Shown: in pieces, positions 18,018 to 24,643 of the stretch
Position numbering within the stretch: the first letter of the stretch is position 1
Layout: the number at the start of each line of letters is the position of its first letter
Assembly: GCA_018394315.1 (NCBI GenBank)
Contig: CP074575.1
Span: forward strand, 2,140,615-2,165,257
Length of the DNA: 24,643 nucleotides
Direction of reading: 5' to 3'
Source: Mycoplasmatota bacterium
GTDB lineage: Bacteria > Bacillota_I > Bacilli_A > MAG-NZ
The notes under the pieces: generated by a model
The model's input: only the letters and a program-made list of their open reading frames with translations
What the model was told of the DNA's origin: nothing
Database searches by the model: none
Made by a program: the position numbers and the translations under genes

Positions 18018-18527
18018 GGCATGTTCTCCTCTTCATTTAATAGACACTTGTAATTGAGATTTTATTGGATTTTACGAAATAAATTGTATAACTTAATATA
18101 CTATAAATACTCTTACTACAGTTTTGTATCATCTAATAATAACTGATAATATTCACTTAGCCTATACTAATAGGTAAAAAAAAGTACTCGACTTGCATAG
18201 TACGTGTACTTTTTAATACTTTATTTTTTCCCACCTAAATGACTTGTTACTTTTTAGTAATATTATTTAGCAAAACTCCTGCTGCAACATTTGGCTAATA
18301 AAGACCCTTTCATTACAATTAAAGAGAAATAAATTCTCACTAGCAATATTCCTTACACGAGTTTCAAATTAAAAAGGAAATGTGATTTCTAAATTTTGAT
18401 ATCATACAAGAACTACATAGTTATAATGAAACGAGAACCTCTATCTAATAATGCTCTCTTACAAGAATTATGCAGGTGAAATGGAATTTATGGTATAATC
18501 AAGAAAACTATAAATAGAGGTAATCGC

Positions 18528-19088
18528 ATGATTATAAGAAAATTAAATGAGATAGAGTATTCGTTAGCAGTAGAATTAAGGATTAATTTTTGGGATGAGG
18601 TAGTAGCAGGAACAGTACCTAATCCTATGGTAAAGAACAAAGAATTAAGATCAATGATAGAATGGGTTAATACGGCTGACGAGCACAATGATATCAGGCT
18701 ATTATATGGTGCTTTTGATAATGAGAATTTTATGGGATTTGCAGGAGCAAGTATTGCAGAAGAAAGTGACTCACAAAATGGAATCGAATTGAATTATCTA
18801 TTTGTTAAGGAAGAATATAGAGGAAAAGGGGTATCGTTAAAGTTACTGATAAAATTATTAAGTGAGTTTATGACAGATAAGTTTACTGAACTTGTTGTTT
18901 ACAACTTCAATTGTTCACCTTCAAATAAATATTATTGTAAACTTGGAGGTAAAGTAAAAAAACAAGCAGCTCAAATTAATGGTAAACTACTAGTTGATAT
19001 TTTTAGTTTTGATATAGGCAACCTAAACGAGAGACTCAAAAAAATGGTCATTGATAGATATACCTCAAAACCCTATGAAAACGAGTAA
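18528..19088 (+). CDS. GNAT family N-acetyltransferase
   Basis: LFVKEEYRGKGV motif A; GAGGT RBS. Confidence 0.88.
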   Translation: MIIRKLNEIEYSLAVELRINFWDEVVAGTVPNPMVKNKELRSMIEWVNTADEHNDIRLLYGAFDNENFMGFAGASIAEESDSQNGIELNYLFVKEEYRGKGVSLKLLIKLLSEFMTDKFTELVVYNFNCSPSNKYYCKLGGKVKKQAAQINGKLLVDIFSFDIGNLNERLKKMVIDRYTSKPYENE

Positions 19089-19113
19089 GTACATCGGACA
19101 ACTTAATAGAAAT

Positions 19114-19145
19114 AAAAAAACAGAGTCCAAAAATGGCTCTATTTT
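19114..19145. terminator. Bidirectional terminator
   Basis: AAAAAAACAGAGTCCA-AAAA-TGGCTCTATTTT between the GNAT gene and the car relic. Confidence 0.65.
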
Positions 19146-19158
19146 AATATTTTATCAC

Positions 19159-19319
19159 TTATTCCACTATATTAAAAACTTTTGTATTTTTAATTTCAAT
19201 AATTGCATTCATAACGTCGGTCAAGGCTTGTACAGTATTTTTCCAACACTTTCCTTCAAATATCCAAATGCATTTCCTTCAAATATTACTCCATTTTCTA
19301 ATACTAAATGTGCTTTCAT
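19159..19319 (-). pseudogene. carA: carA (pyrAA) 5' fragment joined out of frame to a probable carB 3' end
   Basis: ATG 19319: MKAHLVLENGVIFEGNAFGYLKESVG matches the CarA N-terminus, stop at 19221. Another frame reads TVQALTDVMNAIIEIKNTKVFNIVE* (stop 19159), CarB C-terminus-like. Confidence 0.8.
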
Positions 19320-19460
19320 CTTCATCTCACTTTCTAGTCTCACAGTACCAATTTAAAGTTTAGAATTTACCTAATACTCAAAAGTTTTTCCATCAATAAA
19401 ATATCACTATGCTCTTTTCGTCATAAATTAAAAATTTCTATGTTTTAAGGTTACTATCAT

Positions 19461-19492
19461 CCCCTTTTTAGCCTCTCTGGACTGAAAAAAAT
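19461..19492 (-). promoter_or_regulatory. PyrR binding loop
   Basis: Minus strand TTTTTTCAGTCCAGAGAGGCTAAAAAGGGG contains the canonical AGUCCAGAGAGGCU. Confidence 0.85.
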
Positions 19493-19507
19493 ATCTCGCT
19501 TTTTCCG

Positions 19508-19543
19508 AAAAAAAAGCCCTCCTCAAAAGAACTGAGAAAGGCT
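19508..19543 (-). terminator. Attenuator terminator of the pyr leader
   Basis: AGCCTTTCTCA-GTTCTTT-TGAGGAGGGCT followed by a T-run, downstream of the first PyrR loop. Confidence 0.75.
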
Positions 19544-19607
19544 GAATAAACGAATTTTTATGTGTTATTTATGTAATTGTATTCTATAAACATAAATATC
19601 ACAAGAC

Positions 19608-19635
19608 CTTCCTAGTCTCTCGTACTAGATTAAAG
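19608..19635 (-). promoter_or_regulatory. PyrR binding loop (leader-proximal)
   Basis: Minus strand CTTTAATCTAGTACGAGAGACTAGGAAG fits CUUUAA..AGUCCNGNGAGGCU..AAG; TTAACA-N17-TATCAT promoter just upstream (19650-19678). Confidence 0.8.
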
Positions 19636-19973
19636 ATACATATCGAACTATGATATATCATTATATATATATTGTTAACAGAACTTTAAAATAGAATAAA
19701 AAAGGACCGTCAGAATTTTGTTTAGATAATTTTCCTGATTACTCTCATTCCAAGAACCATCGATTGGAATTTCACGTGAATTTTCATTAATGTGTTTAAA
19801 TCTAAGGAGCCATCTATTAAACACACTTCAAAAAAAACATAATTTTAGCCATGATTATATTGTTTGATTATTGCTTGGTTTTTCACCCTCTATATGAAGG
19901 AAATCCTATTATTGTGATGAGAAAAATTGTAAAATAATGTATAATGTAAATAGACTTACACTAGGAGGATAAT

Positions 19974-20672
19974 ATGAAAGGACATGAGAGAATAATAGCG
20001 TACTTTATACCTTACAAATTTAAGAGAAACATAATTATTACAGTATTAGCGCTTTTATTAGCCATTATTACAGCAAGAAATGAGAAATTAGGAATCGTCG
20101 TAGTTGGATTATTAATCTTTGCTTTCTATAAAATTATAGTTATTCGAAAGAATAAAAAGAAAATAGTATTCGATCGTGAAATTGATGAGTATATCAAAAG
20201 AGAAGGAGATATTATATTTAATGAAGGATTAAATAAACTAGGTATCAACATTAGTGATGTGAATTTTATTGATCCTATAATTATTAATGAACATTTGTTT
20301 GAATCTACCATTACACCAATGTACAGTATAAGAGGACGTGACGGAAAATACAGATCTTCTAATCAAAGAACAACTGTATTTTATTTAAGTAGTAATCAAG
20401 TATATGTATACCGTAAACTACACTCTCTAGTTGGTTCAGAACATAGTTCTTCAACTCACGAATACTTCTATACTGATATAGTATCTGTTTCTACTAATAC
20501 TGATAAAAACAAAAACATGAATGAGATTGATTACAAATATGAAGTTGAAATTTTTAAAATGACAATGACTGATGGAAATCAAGTCGAATGTAGAATTTCT
20601 GATATTCAAGCACTAGAATCTCAAGTTAAAGCACTGAGACAAGTCGTAAGAGATCAGAAGCAAGTTGCATAA
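19974..20672 (+). CDS. Hypothetical membrane-anchored protein (two N-terminal TM helices)
   Basis: AGGAGG RBS, upstream TATAAT, 232-aa ORF, terminator follows. Confidence 0.8.
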   Translation: MKGHERIIAYFIPYKFKRNIIITVLALLLAIITARNEKLGIVVVGLLIFAFYKIIVIRKNKKKIVFDREIDEYIKREGDIIFNEGLNKLGINISDVNFIDPIIINEHLFESTITPMYSIRGRDGKYRSSNQRTTVFYLSSNQVYVYRKLHSLVGSEHSSSTHEYFYTDIVSVSTNTDKNKNMNEIDYKYEVEIFKMTMTDGNQVECRISDIQALESQVKALRQVVRDQKQVA

Positions 20673-20676
20673 AATA

Positions 20677-20724
20677 AAAAGAGGCTGTCTCGAAGTAATG
20701 CTTAGAGGTTAAGACGCCTCTTTT
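20677..20724. terminator. Terminator-like hairpin, possibly an IS-end-derived scar
   Basis: AAAAGAGGCTGTCT...AGACGCCTCTTTT with a long loop. Confidence 0.55.
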
Positions 20725-20934
20725 GTTATATAAATACCAAAAATTCTAAATGAAAAAATTACATATAACCTTACTATTTGCTATATACTTCCTCTAAGTG
20801 CTTCAGAATTAAATCGTCTTTTATTAACTTGTTCACCTCAATTATTATGAATAATATCCAAAATTTTAGTTTCTATACTTTAAGACTTCTTCTAAAATAT
20901 GCTGATAGTAAAAAACCAGTTTGTGCCTCCTCAA

Positions 20935-20958
20935 TAAAGCCATCATTGAATGGCTTTA
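20935..20958. terminator. Hairpin after the small membrane gene
   Basis: TAAAGCCA-N8-TGGCTTTA. Confidence 0.55.
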
Positions 20959-20975
20959 CTAGTGTAATAAAATTG

Positions 20976-21170
20976 CTAAAGTACTGCAGAAATAAATAGA
21001 TAATCTAGAAAAAATACTGTTATGAAGGATAATGCCACTAGAAGATATTTAATACATTTATTTTCAATATAGAGTATTCTCTTAATGATATTAGAAAGTA
21101 GCCACCCAAATAGTCCACAGAATACTGCTACAAGTGATATTGATAAAGTTACATTTGACAAAAAGTCCAT
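20976..21170 (-). CDS. Small two-TM hypothetical protein
   Basis: Strong RBS (AAGGAGGA), two hydrophobic helices, hairpin downstream. Confidence 0.65.
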   Translation of the reverse strand: MDFLSNVTLSISLVAVFCGLFGWLLSNIIKRILYIENKCIKYLLVALSFITVFFLDYLFISAVL

Positions 21171-21255
21171 ATGTAAATCCTCCTTCTCCTTTAGTTCATT
21201 CTAAGTATATCATCAACTAATTATAAATAGAATAGGTCATCTTATCGTTTATATA

Positions 21256-21287
21256 CTATCGGTTTTGGAGTACGAGAATTCACATAT
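21256..21287 (-). repeat. att-like repeat copy
   Basis: + strand CGGTTTTGGAG TACGAGA ATTCACAT; minus strand CTCCAAAACCG is the tRNA-Trp anticodon loop and 3' stem. Confidence 0.6.
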
Positions 21288-21310
21288 TGGCATAAATAGC
21301 AAAAATATAA

Positions 21311-21718
21311 CTATGCTGCTATAGAAACTTTTTCTTTCCACATTCTGTATTCCTCTAAATCATTTTTAACTGTTTTATAAACGTATGTCAAAATAGCACT
21401 ATCATCGAGACGCCCTATAACTGGGATAGTATCCGGAATAATGTCAAATGGGCTTAATGCATATATCAATGAAGCTACTATAAGTACAACTTTGATCACT
21501 GGTATTTCGCAATAGTCTCCTTTTGAATAATCCTTAACAAGCGAGATAAACGACTTTATAGTTTCCATAAGTTCTTTGAATGCATCCTTATTAGATACCA
21601 TTTTGTCAACTGCTTTCAATAATGTACCTAGTTCATATTCATTGTTCAGCAATTTTTTTGTTTTTTCTTTTAATTAATCATTCTTAATAAACTTTTTAAC
21701 GCTAACATTTTGGCTCGT
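21311..21718 (-). pseudogene. YkvA/DUF1232 family gene with damaged 5' end
   Basis: YALSPFDIIPDTIPVIGRLDD motif. AGGAGG RBS points to ACG at 21718 with in-frame TAA at 21676; the TTG start at 21652 lacks an RBS. Confidence 0.75.
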
Positions 21719-21796
21719 CTTGTTCCTCCTAGTTTTCAATGTCTGTACATATTATAGCATGCCACTATTTGCAACTCAGCTAGGTAAAAAGACAGT

Positions 21797-21828
21797 ATGT
21801 CGTCGTTGGAGACCGAAACACTGATATT
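21797..21828 (-). repeat. att-like repeat copy
   Basis: + strand TCGTTG GAGACCGAAA CACTGA TATT starting at 21803. Confidence 0.75.
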
Positions 21829-21924
21829 TTATATATCGACTAAAAATTTTCTCCAATACTATTACTAATTGCATTTATAATTTCGATTTTTGATAAATCC
21901 GACAAAGGCTCTTTTATAATTATA

Positions 21925-21982
21925 TGGCAGTGGCAACAGAATTTAAACCCTTGGCGACGTGTCGGAGACTGAAACAACTATT
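21925..21982 (-). repeat. Full-length att-like copy: foreign arm plus degenerate tRNA-Trp 3' half ending CCA
   Basis: Minus strand AATAGTTGTTT-CAGTCTCCGACACGTCGCCAAGGGTTTAAATTCTGTTGCCACTGCCA; no D-arm or 5' acceptor strand. Confidence 0.8.
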
Positions 21983-22353
21983 GTTTGGTATTACAATCTT
22001 CTAAAATTACGAATATTTTCCACTTTTTCTTCATAAATAATCCAGTATGGTAATAACGATACATCCTTATTTATGTCACTATAGCCAGATATATGCAATC
22101 CTGTAAATTCATCATTTATATATTTTATTTGAAATAGCTGTATTTAATAGGGTTCTAGACGAATTTCAGTTTAAGAAACATGGCTCTTTGAGTTTCAAGA
22201 GCATTAAAGAACTCTTAGATAGAACAACACCTCATTATCTTCCACAAAGCAATCGCATGGCTTTTTTCCATTGCAAAATATCAGTATGTTTATATAATAG
22301 TGCATGCACTATTCGACACTCTCAAATCCATCTAAAAAAAATTCCGAAGAATG

Positions 22354-22438
22354 TGTAAATTATACTTGACATCGTGTAAAGTTTTGTATACTATAGGGAT
22401 GTAAGCTATACTTTACATATCGTAAACTAAACATGACA
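22354..22438 (+). promoter_or_regulatory. SigA promoter with 3-4 TGTAA-N8-TTACA-like operators
   Basis: TTGACA(22366)-N17-TACTAT; operator-like sites at 22354, 22400, 22421 and a weak one at 22375. Confidence 0.7.
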
Positions 22439-22446
22439 CGGAGGAA

Positions 22447-22911
22447 ATGATTATGTCATATCAAGAAAAAAGAAATTTGTTTAACATAGTTGTATCTAGT
22501 ATTATTACAGTTATATATTTTATTATTATTAATACTAAATTCCAAAACGGTGCTTTTGATACGTCCAACATGTTACGTTTTTGGGCTGTTGTAATTCTAA
22601 TATTTATCCCAGTTTCTGTTATCTCAAGAATTATCGCACTGATTTTATTTCGTATCTATGGTGCGATTTCAGATGAAGTTCGTGGAGAAAAAGAAGATCG
22701 TGATGTGATAGATGAAAGAGATAAATTAATTGAATTGAAAAGTAACAAAGTAGCTCAAATTATATTTATACTTGGATTTATCGGAGCATTATTTACATTA
22801 CTATTTAATGCGAGTGTTTCGGTATTCTTTATCCTTATGTTAGCTAGTGGGTTTGTTGGAGAATTAGCTTCTAATATTATGCAAATTGTATATTACAGAA
22901 GAGGTTTTTAA
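22447..22911 (+). CDS. Four-TM membrane protein (DUF2178-like, DERD motif)
   Basis: DERDKLIELKS motif, YYRRG C-terminus; stop/start overlap with the XRE gene. Confidence 0.75.
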   Translation: MIMSYQEKRNLFNIVVSSIITVIYFIIINTKFQNGAFDTSNMLRFWAVVILIFIPVSVISRIIALILFRIYGAISDEVRGEKEDRDVIDERDKLIELKSNKVAQIIFILGFIGALFTLLFNASVSVFFILMLASGFVGELASNIMQIVYYRRGF

Positions 22912-23123
22912 TGGCCAAATCAAATATTCAAAATCATGTTAGAACATTACGTTTTATGAATAATGAAATGACACAAGCAGACTTAGCAAAAAAAATAGGG
23001 GTATCAAGACAAACAATTGTTGCAATAGAAAAAGGGCAATACTCACCCAGTTTAGAATTAGCGTTTAAAATTTCTGAGGTATTTGATAAAAAAATTGAGG
23101 AGGTATTTTATGTAGAAAATTAG
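22911..23123 (+). CDS. XRE/Cro-CI family HTH regulator
   Basis: MTQADLAKKIGVSRQTIVAIEKGQYSPSLELAFKI. Confidence 0.95.
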   Translation: MAKSNIQNHVRTLRFMNNEMTQADLAKKIGVSRQTIVAIEKGQYSPSLELAFKISEVFDKKIEEVFYVEN

Positions 23124-23323
23124 AAAAGAAGTAATTATCATATAACTATCATTTATTACCGCAATGTTTACTAGTTTTCAGGTTTGATGGAGAATATAGC
23201 AGTAATATAGATTTACAGATAAAATTCTTTGAGTGATATTTTGGTTATTAGTAATCATGACATACCACTCTTAAGGCAAGGTTGTGTATGTTATAACAAA
23301 TAAAGTGAAAGGAGGAATTTCAA

Positions 23324-24040
23324 TTGAAAACTTATAGAATGAATGCAGTGATGGCTGGTGTGCTTTACTTCCTAGGGACAGCATTTGGTGTTGCAAGTAC
23401 TGTCGTAGGGGGGAAGGTGATTTCTTCAATCGTTCAAACCAAACCACTTTCAGGTATAGTTTTACTGGATCTGGTTGCTATTGATTCGTCCCGTCTTCTC
23501 TGGGGTTCATTTTTCATCCTCTTGATGGGGATTTCACTGGTGGCGATGACGGTATTCCTATACCCAATCTTCAAAAAAGATAGTGAAGAACTCGCGATGG
23601 GCATGTTGCTTTTCCGTGGGGCAATGGAGGGAGCCTGGTATTTTATGACGACGATTAGTATTTTAGTATTATTCGCTCTAGGTGAGGAATATGTTGCCAC
23701 AGGGGCTAATTCGACAGCTTTGCAATCTATGGGCAATGTCGTGTATAAGTTCCAAGACCTTCTGGGACCAGTAGGAACTATTTTGTTTCTTATAGGGGCT
23801 ACGTGTTTATATATCTCTTTCTACCGTACAAGGTTAATCCCCCGCTGGTTGTCCGTTTGGGGACTAATCGGCGTGGTTCCATATATGGCTTATGCTCTAT
23901 TACATTTCTTCGGTATGGATAACGGCGTTGGATTTTACCTACAAATGTTGCTAGCGATACAAGAAATTGTGTTGGCTCTTTGGCTGATTATCAAAGGATT
24001 TGATCGTGCAGCCATTGGCAAGCTTGTAACTGATAATTAA
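23324..24040 (+). CDS. DUF4386-like membrane protein
   Basis: AGVLYFLG, LYPIFKK, LIPRWLSVWGLIG, E..LALWLIIKGF; TTG start with AAAGGAGG RBS. Confidence 0.85.
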   Translation: MKTYRMNAVMAGVLYFLGTAFGVASTVVGGKVISSIVQTKPLSGIVLLDLVAIDSSRLLWGSFFILLMGISLVAMTVFLYPIFKKDSEELAMGMLLFRGAMEGAWYFMTTISILVLFALGEEYVATGANSTALQSMGNVVYKFQDLLGPVGTILFLIGATCLYISFYRTRLIPRWLSVWGLIGVVPYMAYALLHFFGMDNGVGFYLQMLLAIQEIVLALWLIIKGFDRAAIGKLVTDN

Positions 24041-24065
24041 AGTGTATAATCAAGTTCGGTGTCAC

Positions 24066-24103
24066 AAGGTGCTATCGCTAAATTTAGGTGATAGCGCCTT
24101 TTT
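24066..24103 (+). terminator. Intrinsic terminator
   Basis: AAGGTGCTATCGCTAA / TTAGGTGATAGCGCCTT plus T-run. Confidence 0.85.
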
Positions 24104-24643
24104 CTTTATATTTAGGATTTAAGTGTTTTGAATAGGAGCTATCTCTTAAGTTCAACGTACTGGTTGTTTATATTGTATTTTACAGATAATCGATTATTAG
24201 TCGTTATTATTTCTTTTTCGAAAGGGGATATCTTCTCACAAAGTTTTCCGTACCATCTTTATAGTCAAAAGTGTCTTGTTCCCCCCACATCCAAAAGTCT
24301 GCTGCAACATAATTATTCTCAACAATAAACTGAAACAAAATTAAGTTCTCGCTTAACATCCGATTCAATTACATCACTGTCTTAACACCTAAATTAACGT
24401 GAGGATTCGTGATCACTCGCACCTTCAATTATAGAATTTCCAATTTAGTCACTAAAAGTAATAGTCCCTTCTTCTTAAAACAAAAATCTCTTACCTAATA
24501 GCTCTCTCCATTAAAAACCATTTCATATAATTCTGAATAATTGCTAACATCCTGATAATAATATTCATCCCAAATGACTACCAGATTTCTTGTATTAAGT
24601 ATTTTCACCAGCAATGAAATATATGAAATCACCGCCACCAATA

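Noticed and set aside
10147..21980. CRISPR array interpretation of the dispersed repeats
   Set aside because: Spacing is 156 bp to several kb with whole genes between copies; repeats are degenerate; no cas genes.
21925..22000. Intact tRNA gene
   Set aside because: Only the 3' half is present; anticodon loop and T-loop are mutated; no D-arm or 5' acceptor strand.
18488..24328. ORFs 18488-18688, 19051-19356, 20126-20311, 20778-20999, 23434-23736, 24128-24328
   Set aside because: Antisense to real genes or relics (19051-19356 is antisense to the carA scar), or unsupported.

Overview
AT-rich accessory region from a low-GC, probably spore-forming Bacillota (Firmicutes) genome. It has about 20 mostly unrelated genes: four GNATs, two tandem S8 protease lipoproteins, TetR-CPBP, MFS, pentapeptide-repeat protein, QueG-like Fe-S protein, ECF sigma/anti-sigma pair, XRE module, DUF4386 and two spore-type genes. 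There are also several decaying relics (DHFR-family fragment, YkvA/DUF1232, and a PyrR-controlled carA'-'carB deletion scar). The main unexplained structure is a set of nine same-orientation intergenic copies (plus one weak copy) of a degenerate site, consensus GTGTTG-GAGACCGAAA-CAACRC. Its longest copies continue into the reverse complement of a tRNA-Trp 3' half, ending in CCA at 21925. Several consecutive copies bracket exactly one gene, which suggests a tRNA-Trp-derived att-site gene-cassette array (integron analogue). No integrase or intact tRNA is visible in the window. All family calls are from motif recognition by eye; no searches were run.
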